This document shows positions 1 through 21,264 of a DNA stretch of 64,000 nt, piece by piece; positions within the stretch are counted from its first letter, which is position 1, and every line of letters starts with the position of its first letter. The stretch is from the human T2T-CHM13v2.0 reference genome, Homo sapiens. Below the pieces are notes generated by a model. That model did not search any database and had not been told where the DNA came from. It saw only the letters and a list, made by a program, of their open reading frames with translations. The DNA lies in the NCBI RefSeq assembly GCF_009914755.1, contig NC_060925.1; one strand, written 5' to 3'. The position numbers and the translations under genes were made by a program.

Positions 1-614
1 CCTGTAATCCTAGCACTTTGGGAGGCCAGGGCAGGCGGATCACCTGAGGTCGGGAGTTTGAGACCAGCCTGACCAACATGGAGAAACCCCATCTCTACTA
101 AAAATACAAAATTAGCCAGGCATGGTGGCACATGCCTGTAATCCCAGCTACTCGGGAGGCTGAAGAAGGAGAAGAGCTTGAACCCGCGAGGCGGAGGTTG
201 CAGTGAGCCGAGATTGCACCATGCACTCCAGCCTTGGCAACAAGAGAGAAACTCTGTCTGAAAAAAAAAAAAAAAAAAAAAATTATGTGTAGGCTGGTCA
301 CAGTGGCTCACGCCTGCAATCCCAGCACTTTGAGAGGTTGGGGCAGGAGAATCACTTGAGCCCAGGAGTTTGAAAACAACCTGGGCAATATAGTGAGATC
401 CCGTCTCCATAAAAAATTTAAAAATTAGTTGGGCCTGGTAGTATCAGCCTTTAGTCCCAGTTACTCAGGAGGCTGAAGTAGGAGGAGAAGTTGAGCCTGG
501 AAAGTCAAGGCTTGAGCCTGGAAAATGAGCTGTGTTTGTGCCACTGCACTCCAGCCTAGGTGACAGAGACATCTTGTCTTAAAAAAAGGAAAGAAAGAAA
601 AGAAAAAAAAAGTA

Positions 615-1284
<670 letters not shown>

Positions 1285-1484
1285 TAGGATGTTCCTCAAA
1301 CCAGCTTCCCATCTTGAGGTTTCTGAATCTCCTATGATCACAGCTTGTCTTGTCTTTAGGAATTAACTGAAAAAGATGTCCTTTACCTAAAAGCTACATG
1401 TGAAACTCCACTCCTAGTTTTACATTTGCAGTCCTTATATCACTATGTTTTCTGCTGGTTCTGATGTAATCTCACTCTTTCTAG

Positions 1485-1818
<334 letters not shown>

Positions 1819-2189
1819 TAATTTTAATTTTTAAAAATTATAAATAGAGATGGGGTCTCCCTGTGTTGCACAGGCTGATTTTGAACTCCTAGTCGCAAGT
1901 GATCCTCCTGCCTTGGTCTCCCAAAACCCTGGGATTATGGGCAAGAGCCACAGCATCTGGCTGTAAGCATAATATTTGAGAATATATATTATAGATGAAT
2001 ACTCCAGCTAACCTAGTGGATATAATCTGGAAACACCCATGATTACCCACTTAAAGATCAAAATATCAGGCTGGGTGCAGTGGCTCACGCCTGTAATCCC
2101 AGCACTTTGGGAGGCCGAGACGGGTGGATCATCTGAGGTTGGGAGTTTAAGACCAGCCTGACCAACATGGAGAAACCCTGTCTCTACTA

Positions 2190-2408
<219 letters not shown>

Positions 2409-3094
2409 CTACCACTTTGGGAGGCCCAGGTGGGCAGATCACAAGGTCAGGAGTTCGAGACCAGACTGGCCAAGATGGCGAAACCCTGTCTCTACTAAAA
2501 AGACAAAGATTAGCCAGGCGTGGTGGTGTGCGCCTGTAGTCCCAGCTACGCTGGAGGCTGAGGCAGAGAATCGCTTGAACCTGGGAGGCAGAGGTTGCAG
2601 TGAGCCGAGATCGCACCACTGTACTCCAGCCTGGGTGACAAAACGAGACTCTGTCTCAAAAAAAAAAATCAAAGTATCATATGCCCTGTGCTTTTTAGTT
2701 GTTAGTGTTATGAAGGCAAAAATACCTTCTACATTGGTGGTGGTTCCTATTTTACTGGGCACCAATGCATGTATACTGTGTTCTAGAAATAGCCTAAAAA
2801 GTATCCTGTGTTTTTTCTGAGACAGGGTCTCACTGTGATGGACAGGCTGGAGTGCAGTGGCACCATCTCTGCTCACTGCAGCCTTGAACTTTTGGGCTCA
2901 AGCAATCCTCCTACCTTAGTAAGTAGGGGGTAGTAAGAAGCTTCACTGGTCATCTCTCTGCTTTGGTTTAAGACAACATTTGGTAGAATGTTACTTACCA
3001 GAAAACATGTATGTCACATCTCTAGGAAGAAGAAAAAACATAGTAGTTCAATTCCCACTGCGTACCTTTGAATTTTTTTTTTTTTTTGAGATAG

Positions 3095-3250
<156 letters not shown>

Positions 3251-4237
3251 TAGAGACGGGTTTTTGCCATGTTGGCCAGGCTGGTTTGGAACTCCTGACC
3301 TCAGGTGATTTGCCCGTCTTGGCCTCTCAAAGTGCTGGGATTACAGGCGTGAGCCACTGCTCCTGGGCTGATGTCTTTTTTAAAGTAAAAATAAGAAGCT
3401 GTACTGACTTTTCACTTGGCTATTCTGGTTTTAAAGGATGAGCTACAAGCTATGTGTTTTCCTGTATTGATATGTCACTGAAATACTTTTTGACCAGTGC
3501 AGTAGTTCACACCTGTAATCCCAGCACTTCGAGAGGCAGAGATAGGAGAGTTGAAGACCAACCTGAATAATGTATCAAGTCCCTATCTCTACAAAAAAAT
3601 TTTTAAAAATTAGCTGAGCATGGTGACACGTACCCATGGTCTCAGCCACTCAGGAGGCTGAGGCAGTAGAATCCCTTGAGCCTAAGAGGTTGAGGTTGCA
3701 GTAGTGAGCAATGACTGTGTCACTGCACTCCAGCCTGAGTGACAAAGCAAGACTTGGTCGCAAAAAAAATTTAATCAGATCATTGACTCTTCTGCTCAAA
3801 TTCTTCTAATAGCTTCTCAAGGTAAACTCCAGGCTGGGTGCCGTGGCTCACTCCTGTAATCCCAGCACTTTGGGAGGCCAAGGCAGGTGGATCACTTGAG
3901 GTCAGGAGTTTGAGACCAGCCTGGCCAACATGGTGAAACCCTGTCTCTACTAAAAATATAAAAATTAGCCGGGCGTGGTGGCAGGCACCTGTAATCCTAG
4001 CTGCTCGGGCTCAATTGCTTGAGCCCAGGTTGCAGTGAGCTTGCAACTTTGCTTGCAAGTGAGCTACAAGGTGAAGGTTGCTGTGAGCTGAGATCGCGTC
4101 ACTGCACTCCAGCCTGGGTGACAGAGCAAGACTCTGTCTCAAAAAAAAAAAAAAAAAAAGGTAAACTCCAAATCCTTCCCATGATCCTTGAGGATCTTCC
4201 TTGAGGCCCCTCAAAATCTGGCCTCTCTAGGATTTTA

Positions 4238-4570
<333 letters not shown>

Positions 4571-5679
4571 TCATTAATAGCTCGATTCCCCTTGACCTCA
4601 TTTCTCCTAGTCTTTCATCACCACAATTGCAAGTCCTGCAGGAAAAAGAGCTTTCTTGCCCAACAAGACAGGGCTGGCTTTCATTGGCCCAAATTGGGTG
4701 GGCACATCCCTGAACCAATCACAGTTGTCAAGGGGCTGAGATGCTCTGATTAGTTGGGGTTGAGTCACATGCCCTGAAGCTGATGGAGGTGTGGACTGAG
4801 TGGAGGAGGACAATTTCCCAGAGAAAAATTCGTGTCCTGTTACTAGAAGGGTGAAGTAATGCTGGGCAGCAGAAGTAACAGATGTTTATTTTCAAAGTTT
4901 GCATAGCACTTAACATATAGATGTTGTTTTCAAAAAGCCAGCTTGCACTGCATGCAGGAACACCCCGAGAGCTCCTTCATCAACATTCATTCATTTTACA
5001 ACTTTGTATTTTTTTTTTTTTGAAACAGAGTCTTGCTCTGTCGCCAGGCTGGAGTGCAGTGGCACGATCTCAGCTCACCACAACCTCTGACTCCCTAGTT
5101 CAAGCGATCCTCCTGCCTCAGCCTCCGGAGTAGCTGGGATTACAGGCACACACCACCACGCCCAGCTAATTTTTGTATTTTTAGTAGAGATGGGGTTTCA
5201 TAATGTTGGCCAGGCTCATCTCAATCTCCTGACCTCGTGATCCACCCACCTCGGCCTCCTAAAGTGCTGGGATTACAGGTGTGAGCCACCGCACCCGGCC
5301 ACAACTTTGTATTGATATCACTCAGTTCCATACTTAGTCCCAAAGGAATCTGCTACTCTCTTGAATCAAAATGTGATAATGTAATAGATTATGCGACTTG
5401 TCTAGAAGAATAGTGCTGGGCATTCATTCACCAATATTTATTAGGCTTTTACTAGCTTTAGAAAGGAGCTGAGATGACAGCTATCATCACCATAGGCAGT
5501 CCCTCTCCTCCTGGGGCTTATATTCTAGTGGAAAAAAGACAGATAGTCAAAAAGAAATGTCAGTGTAAATGGAGACACAAGCCACTCATGAAACATACTT
5601 TTCAGGGAGAAAAATTAAACAGACTAATAGGCTTTTGTACCTTTAGAACTGAATACTTGTATTACTCATTTTTAAAAAG

Positions 5680-6058
5680 TAATGTCATAATGAGATACAC
5701 TACACCCATTCCAATGGCTAAAAGTAAAATGTTTGGCAATGTCAAATGCTCAAGAGGATGTGGAGCAACTGGAATGCTTATAACTGCTGGTGAGAATGGA
5801 AAATGGGGCTGGGCAAAGAGTCTCAAGCTAGTAATCCCAGTACTTTGGGAGGCTGAGGCGGGAGGATGGCTTGAGCACGGGAGGTCGAGGCTGCTGAGCT
5901 ATGATCACTATGATCACACCACTGCACTCCAGCCTGGGTGACAGAGTGAGGCCTTGTCTCAAAAAAAAAAAAAAAAAACAAAAAAAAAAAACCGCATGTA
6001 AAGAATGGAATGTAAAAGGATATAACTATATAACTTGAGAGGACTGTTTGGCAGTTTC
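5680..6058 (+). mobile_element. L1M ORF2 3'-end fragment interrupted by an Alu
   Basis: gaggatgtggagcaactggaa...gctggtgagaatggaaaatgg...gtttggcagtttctt is typical of L1M 3' ends. Confidence 0.75.
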
Positions 6059-6849
6059 TTTTTTTCTTTCTTTTCTTTTTTTTTTTTTGTGAGACAGAGT
6101 CTTGCTCTGTCGTCCAGGCTGGAGTGCAATGGCCCAATCTCGGCTCATTGCAACCTCCGTCTCCTGGATTCAAGTGATTCTCCTGTCTCAGCCTCCTGAG
6201 TAGCTGGGATTAGAGGTACGCACCACCAGGCCCGGCTAATTTTTGTATTTTTAGTAAAGATGGGGTTTCGCCATGTTGGCCAGGCTGGTCTCAAAACTCC
6301 TGACCTCAGGTGATCTGCCCGCCTCGGCCTCCCGAAGTGCTGGGATTACAGGCGCGAGCCACCGCGCCCTGCCAAGTTGTGTGTATTTCGCTGAATGCAA
6401 ATTAAGTCTCAATTAAAAAAAAAGTAACTGCAAATATTTTAATAGACGTTACAGCATGCTATGGAAATATGCCAGAGGGTGACTCCATGAGGGTGTGCCC
6501 CAGAAATCAGGGAAAGTCTTTACTAAGAAAGTGAGATTTCAAAGATTTGGGAGGACTACAAATTGCCCATACAAAGCGGGATGGGGGAGTAGGGTGAACT
6601 CAATACAAAAATGTTAGCTTCTTTCGGTGAAGGTCTTCCAAACGCAAGTATCTAACATTCACCTTATGCCTGCAGATACTCTACATTTGTGTTTTGGCAT
6701 TTAATTTAATTTCACAGCGATCATTCGACGTCAGAATTTTGGTTCCCATTCTACAAGTGAGAAAATTGAGGTTCAGGGAGGTCAAAGGACCCGTTGAAGG
6801 CCATGAAGTAGGATGCGCCAGAAGCCAGGCTTGAGAGCTGCATACTCGG

Positions 6850-7830
6850 CGAGAGTTTCTCCAAGGCAAAGCCTGAAACAGGAACCACAGGCTCTCCAGG
6901 TGGGGAGGCTGGCGCTGAGGAATGTTCTCCTGAACAAAGGGCTCGGCTCGCGCGCCCGCACACCCGCCTCCCCCGGCGCCGGCCTTGGTCTCCAGAGACA
7001 GTGGGGTGGGGGGTGGAGACGCCCAGGTATGGCTCTCCTCCGTGGAATCAGCGATCCCAGGACCGAGGCCGGTTGACTCCGGAACAAAGAGAGTCCTTGG
7101 GGCGGGGGCGGGGGCGGGGCCCGATCCGGGGACCGGAGGGAGCGGGGGGGAGGGCGGGGCCGGAGTCGAGGGAGGGGCGGAGCCCGGGCCGGGGGACGAG
7201 GGCGGGGAGCGGCCGGGCCCTGGGCGGGGCAGGGCGAGGCTGGATCTTCGGAACGAGTCCGTGAAGGATCGGGCGCGGGCGCGGGCGCGGGGCCGGAGGT
7301 GGGGACGAGGGGAGTTGGGAAGGGGCTGGGGGTGTGGGGGTTGGGGGTGTGGGGGTCTGGCGGGACTTATCTGGGGGAGGCTAAAGTGGGTGCTGGAGGC
7401 GGGACCCGAGTCCCGGGAGAGGCGGGCGGGGAGTCGCCGCTAGAGCGGGGCCCTTTTGGGGGCTGGAGACCCGGAAGCTTAGAGGGCCCCCTGGCCCCGG
7501 AGAGGGGGAGGGCGCAGGGCAGGAATGGAGGCGAGGCCTGGCCTCAGGAGCCGGGGGCGGCGGGTTCAGGGCGCGATCCTCTCTGGGGGAATCCGCGGGT
7601 GGCCCGGGAGAGGCCGGGAGGGGGCGCAGAGGGCGGCGCCGGGGCCACGTGGAGTCTGCGCGCCCCACCCGCTTTGGGCCGCGCTCCACCCGCTTTGGGC
7701 CGCGCCCCACTATCCCTGAGCGCCGCACTGTTGGCCCCGCCACACGTCTGTCCTGAGAACCCGCAGGTCCCAGGCTGTGCGGCACCCCGCCGAGCCCTGG
7801 AGCAAGTCCTTCCCTGCGTGGGTCTTGTTT
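6850..7830. promoter_or_regulatory. Intergenic (orphan) CpG island with clustered GC-boxes, E-box CACGTG (7646-7651) and strong G-skew on plus
   Basis: Dense CpG, several GGGGCGGGG motifs at 7099-7230; no recognisable coding exon adjacent. Confidence 0.85.
7659..7710 (+). repeat. 21-bp tandem repeat x2.5 (CGCGCCCCACCCGCTTTGGGC)
   Basis: Units at 7659-7679, 7680-7700 and 7701-7710 read directly. Confidence 0.9.
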
Positions 7831-7950
7831 CCGCTTCTGTGAAATGACGATGGCCCTTCTTGTTTTGCAGGGCCCTGGGAGAGTGGGTTGAGAGAATGGA
7901 AGTGAAGAGGAAGGCTTCACCATCACCTTAACTAACATGTGTTTCCTACC

Positions 7951-10121
<2,171 letters not shown>

Positions 10122-10373
10122 TGGCCGGGTGCGGTGGCTCACGCCTGTAATCCCAACACTTTGGGAGGCGGATCACCTGAGGTCAGGAGTTCAAGACCAG
10201 CTTGGCCAACATGGTGAAACACCCACTCTGCTAGGTCATGTGCTGAGGAATACAGTGAACAAGTTACAGTTCCTACACAAATAAGCTTGCAGGCTGGTTG
10301 AAAGACTGAACAATTAACAATATGAATCGTTATTCAATTAAAATTGTGATATGTGGCTGGGCACGGTGGCTCA

Positions 10374-10659
<286 letters not shown>

Positions 10660-10996
10660 TTAGTGGAGAAGTACAGGGAACTACAGGAGCAGTGTTTTCT
10701 GAGCAGCCAGTGCTTATTATTATGTGCCAGGTTCTATGCTAAACCATTTAAGATTTGGCTGTGGTCTCCAGTCCACCTAAGATCTAGATCAGACTTATTT
10801 CAAACATTGTATCAACCAGGATTCTAGCAGTTGCAAGTAACAGAAACATAACACAGGCCTGTTGTAGTAAATTTCCCTGTAATTCCAGGCTTTGGGAGGC
10901 CTACAGGGATAGCTTGAGCCCAGGAGTTTAAGAAGCAGCCTGGGCAACATAGCGAGACCCCTCATCTCTGCCAAAAAAAAAAAAAAGCCAGGGTGA

Positions 10997-11311
<315 letters not shown>

Positions 11312-12692
11312 TAGCCAGGGGTCTCGATCTCCTGACCTCGTGATCCACCCATCTCGGCCTCCCAAAGTGCTGGGATTACAGACATGAGCCACCGTGCCTG
11401 GCCGGAAGTATGTTTTGAAGTATGTTAAGTATGGCTGGATCCCAGGGGCTCAAGAGAAGGTTTCACAGCTCCATGTCTCTCGTTATCCCTCAATTCTCTC
11501 TTACAGGCAGCCAAGCAAGATGGCTACTAGCCGTTCTAGGGCCAGGTGCAGTGGTTCACACCTGTAAATCCTAGCACTTTGGGAGGCTAAGGGGGGGGGG
11601 GATCACTTGAGGCTGAGAGTTTGAAATCAGCCTGGGCAACATAGCAAGACCCCATTTCTACAAAAGATAATAAGAAAAAAATTAGTTGAGCATGATGGTT
11701 TGCACTTGTAGTTCCAGCTGCTCAGGAGATTAAGGTGAGAGGATCCCTCCTTGAGCCCAGGAATTCAAGGCTACAGTGAGCTATGATTGTGCCACTGCAC
11801 TCTACCCTGGGCAATAGAGTGAGACCCTGTCTCAAAAAAAAAAAAAAAAAGAAAGAAAGAAAGAAAAGAAAACAGAAAGATGACTGTGGCTACAAGCAGT
11901 TTTAGGCTTTCATTGACTTTATAGCTCTGGGTCCCTGAAGAGAGAGTGTACTTCCCAACGGCTCCAGCATTAAAAAAGCAGTCTTGGGGACTATGTCTCC
12001 TAAATTCCTTGAAGCTGTCCTGAGCCCTTGCACAGCTAAACCCAAGTCCTGAGCCCTGTGCAGGCCATGGCACAGCAGCAGTGCAGGCTACACGTTAAAT
12101 TCTGGGGAATGGGAGTGCTTATCGTGGTGGAGGCTTGGAGATGCCTCATAAAGGCAAAGGCCGCAGGGAGATAAGCAGATCACATGGTAGAGAGAAGGCA
12201 GAAGGAAATAGTGGCTGTTTCTCAGGCCAGGCTCTGTCGGTGGGATAGGCCATCCCAAGTGGGCAGACGAGTGCTGCAGAGGCAAATGGAGAGAGGCTGG
12301 AGCTGGCAAAATAGTCTAAGCAGCCTCCAGAGATGCCCCAGGCTGGAGAAACCTCTGTAAGCCCCATTGGGAGTCAGAGCCCAGACTCAAGTCCCTCTAG
12401 GCCTGCTCTAGGGTATGGTCTGATAAGGGGGTCTCAGGCCATCCAAAATATAATAAGAGGTCTTCCCATGTGCACAACTGTTTACAATTTTCAAAGCTCT
12501 TACCCTTACCCTCTATGACTCTGAGGTACACATTATTCGGGCCATTTTACAGGTGGGAGTATTGAGGCTAAGAATATCAGGCTAACCTGCCTAAAGTGAG
12601 CCATTCGGCAGAGACAAAACTCAGCATCCGGGTCACTCCCAGGGCTCTAGCCCATCCCCACTCCTTCCATCTCCCCACTGACCTTTCCCTAA

Positions 12693-12974
<282 letters not shown>

Positions 12975-13454
12975 TGAACTCCTGACCTCAAGTGATCTAA
13001 CCACCCTGGCCTCCCAAAGTGCTGGGATTACAGGTGTGAGCCACTGCGCCTGGCTGAGCTGTTACCTTTCAAGAGGAGGTAAGGGACTTGAGAAGGTCAA
13101 AGATTTGGAGGTAGTCTGGAGGCAAATCCTACTGTATCACACTCTGGCTCTGGGCGGGAAAAAAGGACATTCATGTCCCCAAGTTTTTCCTCTTCCTTCC
13201 TCAGCCCCTTCCACAAACTCAAGGCCTTATGCCCCACCATTAAGATGGTCTTCAATTCAGGCATTGTTAAAGCACAAATGCCGGGCCGGACGCGGTGGCT
13301 CATGCCTGTAATCCCAGCACTTTGGGAGCCTGAGGTGGGCGCATCATGAGGTCCAGAGATCAAGACCAGCCTGGCCAACATGGTGTAAACCCCATCTCTA
13401 CTGAAAATACAAAAATTAGCTGGGCGTGGTGGCACATGCCTGTAGTCCCAGCTA

Positions 13455-13728
<274 letters not shown>

Positions 13729-14488
13729 TTACCCAGTTAGCAATTGGCAGAGCTGGGATATGAACTCCCCCTGGTCTAGTCCAAAGCCCATGACCTTTCA
13801 GGGGCCAAGACCAAAAATGGAGAGGGAGACGGCGGGCTCTGGTTAGGCAGAAGGATGATCACACATGCAGGAGGACTTGAACTTCCTGGGGCCGGAGGGG
13901 TGCGCAGGGGAGGTGCTGGGGATGAGGTTGGGGCCAGTCAACTGGCAGGGAGGGATAGTTTCCTCCCAGTCTAGATGCCTGGTCCAAAACAGACAAACTG
14001 CATGTTTTGTCTCTACAAAAACTACAAAAATTAGCTGGGCAGCCGGATGTGGTGGCTCATGCCTGTGATCTTGTAATCTCAGCACTTTGGGAGGCCAAGT
14101 CAAGTGGATTGTTTGAGCTCAGGAGTTCGAGACTAGACTGGGCAACATGGCAAGACCTTGCTGCTGCTAAAAATACAAAAACAAAAAAACAAAGCAAAAA
14201 AAAAACCGGGTGTGGTGGTGTGTGTCTGTGGTCCCAGCTACTCAGGAAGCTAAGATGGGAGGATTGCTTGAGCCTGGGGGAGGTCGAGGCTACAGTGAGC
14301 TGTGGTCATGCCGCTGCACTTTAGTCTGGGTGATATAGTGAGACCCTGTCTCAAAGAAAAAAACAAAAAGTCCGGGCGTGGTGGCTCACTCCTGTAATCC
14401 CAGCACTTTGGGAGGCTGAGGCAGGTGAATCACGAGGTCAGGAGTTTGAGACCAGCCTGGCCAATGTGGTGAAACCCTGTCTCTACTA

Positions 14489-14722
<234 letters not shown>

Positions 14723-14725
14723 TCA

Positions 14726-15183
<458 letters not shown>

Positions 15184-15231
15184 TCAACAAACGGGTTATT
15201 TTCTAGGAAATTTACCACCTGTGTCATTTTT

Positions 15232-15236
<5 letters not shown>

Positions 15237-15280
<44 letters not shown>
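15237..15280 (+). repeat. (GT)22 microsatellite
   Basis: Read directly. Confidence 0.97.
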
Positions 15281-15281
<1 letters not shown>

Positions 15282-15729
15282 ATTTTTCTTTTCTCACTGA
15301 GACAGGATCTCACTTAGTTGCCCAGGCCGGAATGCAGTGGCACGATCACAGCTCACCGCAGCCTCGACTTTCCCGGGCTCAGGTGATCCTCCCACCTTAG
15401 GCTCCCCAAAAGCTGAAATTACGGGCAGGCGCTAATTTTTGTATTTTTGTAGAGATAGGTTTTTGCAATGTTGCCTAGGCAAGTCTCAAGTTCCTGGGCT
15501 CAAGTGATCTCCTGCCTCAGCCTCCCAAAATGCTGAGATTAAAACCGTGCCTGGCCTTATTTTTCTTAATTTCTCTGTGCCTCCGTTTCCTCATCTATAA
15601 AATAGGATGCTGTGAAGATTCAGAGAGTTAATGTCCATCTGGCATGTTGTAAGGACTTGGTAAGGGTTTAATGTTGATTATTTTCCTCCTGTCAGCAACA
15701 ATCTGCCTTGCTGGGCTCCCAGAGTTTTA

Positions 15730-16193
<464 letters not shown>

Positions 16194-16677
16194 TCAAAAC
16201 TCAGTTTTCCTGTCTGTGAAATGGATATCAGTGAAAGAGCCAGCGGCGAATGTGAAACTCCAGCCTAGTGTCTGGCACAGAGTGGGCATTCAAATAGCAG
16301 TAGCTGCAGGGCTTGTTGGCACTGGTGTTGGGGGCTTGGGACCCCTGCTGTCTCGTCACAGATCACCAACCAAGCTGTGGTTATTTTATTTTATTTTATT
16401 ATTTTTTGAGACAGGGTCTCACCCCAGTTGCCCAGGCTGGAGTGCAGTGGCACCACCTCAGCTCACTTCAGCCTCAACCTCCCGGGCTTAGGTGATTCTC
16501 CCACCTCAGCCTCCTGAGTAGCTCCGACTACAGGGATGTGCCACCACACCCAGCTAATTTTTTGGTATTTTTTCAGAGAGACAGGGTTTCACCATGTTGC
16601 CCAGGCTGGTCTTGAATTCCTGGACTTAAGCAATCTGACTGCCTTAGCCTCCCAAAGTGCTGGGATTACAGGTGTGA

Positions 16678-16929
<252 letters not shown>

Positions 16930-17023
16930 TGAACCCCTGGCCTCAGGTGATCCACCCACCTCAGCCTCTCAAAGTGCTGGGATTACAGGCATGAGCCACT
17001 GTGCCCGGCCACTAAAGCTCTGA

Positions 17024-17225
<202 letters not shown>

Positions 17226-18006
17226 TAGCCAGGATGGTCTCGATCTCCTGACCTCGTGATCTACCCACCTCAGCCTCCCAAAGTACTGGGATTACAAGCG
17301 TGAGCCACCACACCCAGCCAAAGCTGTGGTTCTTAATCTAATATTTGGTAACCTGTGATGGCAGACTGGGGTCCTCATGCCAGTGTGATGTTTCTGAAAT
17401 CCAGAGAACCATCCCATAGTTAAATGGGAAGAGGTTGCTCAGGCCCACAGAAGAATCTCTGTTGGGGGCTATCATCAGCTCTCTAGGATGTCACATAGTG
17501 TGTCCTGCCCAGCAGAGCTGCTGGGACAGCTGTTGTTGGCAAATGGAAAACTAATTAACTCTTAACCAATACTCTGTTTTTAAAAATGGGACCTGGTTGT
17601 GGACGGTAGAAAGTGGGGAGCAGCTGAGCAAGGTGGCTCATGCGTGTAATCCCAGCACAACAAGGCCGAGATGGGAAGATTGCTTGAACCCAGGAGGTCA
17701 AGACCAGCCTGGGAAACCTGGTGAAACCCCATCTCTACAGAAAGAAAAAAATTAACTGGGTGTGGTGGTGCACACTTGTAGTTCCAGCTACTCGGGAGGC
17801 TGAGGTAGATCACTTGAGCCCAGGAGGTCAAGGCTGCAGTGAGCCATGATTGTGCCACTGCACTCCAACCTGGGCAAGAGAGCAAAATCCTATCTCAAAA
17901 AAAAAAAAAAGGTGGGAGTGGCCGGGTGCAGTGGTTCATGCCTGTAATCCCAGCACTTTGGGAGGCCGAGGCAGGTGGATCATCTAAAGTCAGGTGTTCA
18001 AGACTA

Positions 18007-18237
<231 letters not shown>

Positions 18238-18548
18238 TTACATTCTCCACTTTAACTCAAACACCATTTTACAGGCAGAGACACTGAGGCCCTAGTTTGA
18301 AGCTCAAAGGTCACAGTCTAGTTTTTGTTAAGACCAGGGGTCAGGGGTTGTCATTGTCCTGTAGTAGAAAAGAACTAATGTTTATTGGGGACATACTATG
18401 TGTCAGGTGGCTTATAAACATTCTCCTTAATTATCACAGTAGCTCTGATATATTATGTCATTTTACAGATTTGAAAAATAAGGCTCAAGATCTAAAGGCT
18501 CACTTTTCCTTCATGGTAACTTTACTAACTGTCTTTCCTCTGCCTAGA

Positions 18549-18759
18549 ACAGTGGTTCTCAAGTGTGAGTGTTGTCCTCCAGGGTCATTTGGCAATGTCT
18601 GGAGACATTTTTGGTTGTCACAACCAGGGGTGGGGGGTGCGTGTTGTGGCTAGAGCCTAGGGATGCTGTTAAACGTCCTCCAGTAACACAGGATGGCCTC
18701 TCACAACCAGGAACTACCCAGCTCCAAATGGCAGCACTGCTGAGCTTGTGAAACTCTGA
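18549..18759 (+). mobile_element. MER20 (hAT-Charlie) DNA transposon fossil
   Basis: cagtggttctcaa...catttggcaatgtctggagacatttttggttgtcacaac...gggatgctgttaaac...gaaactctg. Confidence 0.88.
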
Positions 18760-18967
18760 TCTAAAGTAATGCACGCCCTTCCCTCTGGGTCACACCAGGA
18801 AGCCTCTCCTGACTCCCCACCCAGGAGAGGTCGCTCCTCCCTGTAGCCCCTGCAGCCACCAGCCGTGCTGTTAACAGGGCTGGTTGTCCTGCCTCTAACC
18901 AGAGCTCTTTGGGCAGATGGTATTGAAGGTATATTCAGTAAATGCTTACTGGCTTAAAACACAGTTA

Positions 18968-19290
<323 letters not shown>

Positions 19291-19459
19291 TTAGTGTCTT
19301 TCGTCTATTGACCTCTTGCTTCAGTTAGGCTGGTGGCTTTTCCAGGACTGGGATGTTTGTGAAAGACCCCACAGCCTCTGTGTCCTTGCCAGAGAGGTGG
19401 CAGGCTTTCTGTCACTTCAGTTGTGCAAATTGAGGCCACAGGGCCACTTACCAATGTAG

Positions 19460-19715
19460 ATGTAGTACAGTGCAGAGGTTAAAAGCACAGGATTTTACGT
19501 CAGAAAGATCTTGATTTAGGTCCTAGCCCTACAACTTACTGTGTGACCTTGGACATGGTACTTGACCTCTCGGAGTCTCAGTTTCCTCAGTTATGAACTG
19601 CAGATAATAATAGTATCTACCTCTTTGGGTCATTGTGAGGATTAAATTGGACAGTCTAATCACAGTGCTTAGCACAGTGCTGGCAATTTCAGCATTCTGA
19701 AAATGCTGGCCATTA
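19460..19715 (+). mobile_element. MIR SINE (similar MIRs at ~6640-6840, 15570-15680, 43590-43780, 57080-57270, 59310-59590, 60260-60460)
   Basis: MIR core tgtgtgaccttggac...cctctcggagtctcagtttcctc...gtgaggattaaa. Confidence 0.8.
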
Positions 19716-20169
19716 CTATTATTAGGAGATGCCATGGGGTTTCCACTCAACGGTATCAGGTTCCTTCTAATTCTGAAATTCCCAAAACATGCTAGGCTCT
19801 ATCACACCCCTGTGCTGTTTGACCTCTTTGAACAAGCTGTACTTTGGCTTAGAATGCTGTTCTCCCCACGCGTGTCTTCCAAATACACTCCTCTTCATCC
19901 TTCAAGTCTTAGTTCAGGTGCCACCTCTTCTGTGAAGACTCCCTTGATTGCCCTCTTCTGTGCTTCCACCATGAGCCTCCACCCGCCCTGGAATCCTACT
20001 GCCATTAGAGCATTGATTCTGTATTTTTTTTTTTTGTATTAAGTTTCTCCCCATCCAGTCTGAGGGCTCTCCCCAGGAATAAGGACTGGCCAACATGGAG
20101 AAACCCTGTCTGTACTAAAAATACAAAAATTAGCCGGGTGTGGTTGGCACGTGCCTGTAATCCCAGCTA

Positions 20170-20259
<90 letters not shown>

Positions 20260-20573
20260 CTATAGATGGAAACTCCATCTCAAAACAACAAGAACAACAA
20301 ATAAACAAACAAACAAACAGAGACAGAGTCTCACTCTGTTGCCCAGGCTGGAGTGCAGTGGTGTGATCTCCACTCCCTGCAACCTCCACCTCTTGAGTTC
20401 AAGCGATTCTTATGCCTCAGCCTCCCAGTAGCTGGGATTATAGGCGCCCGCCACCATGCCCGGCTAATTATTTTTATATTTTTAGTAGAGATGGGGTTTC
20501 ACCACTTTGGCCAGGCTGGTCTCAAACTCCTGGCCTCAAGTGATCTGCCTATCTTGGCTTCTCAAAGTGCTGA

Positions 20574-21077
<504 letters not shown>

Positions 21078-21264
21078 TAAAATTCATTTTTTAGAGATGG
21101 GGTCCTACTCTGTCACCTAGGCTGGGAGGCAGTGGTACAATCACATAGCTCACTGCAGCCTTGAACTCCTAGACTCAAGTGATCCTCCCACCTCAGCCTC
21201 CTGAATTGCTGGGATTACAGGTGTGCTTTTACCACACCCAGCTTCCTAAGTCTTAACTGCAATC

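Noticed and set aside
5474-5941. 155-aa ORF
   Set aside because: Chimeric read-through of L2, L1 and Alu fragments
6985-7938. Long overlapping Gly/Pro/Arg-rich ORFs (152-185 aa) on both strands
   Set aside because: Expected from stop-poor CpG-island composition; non-ATG starts and no recognisable domain
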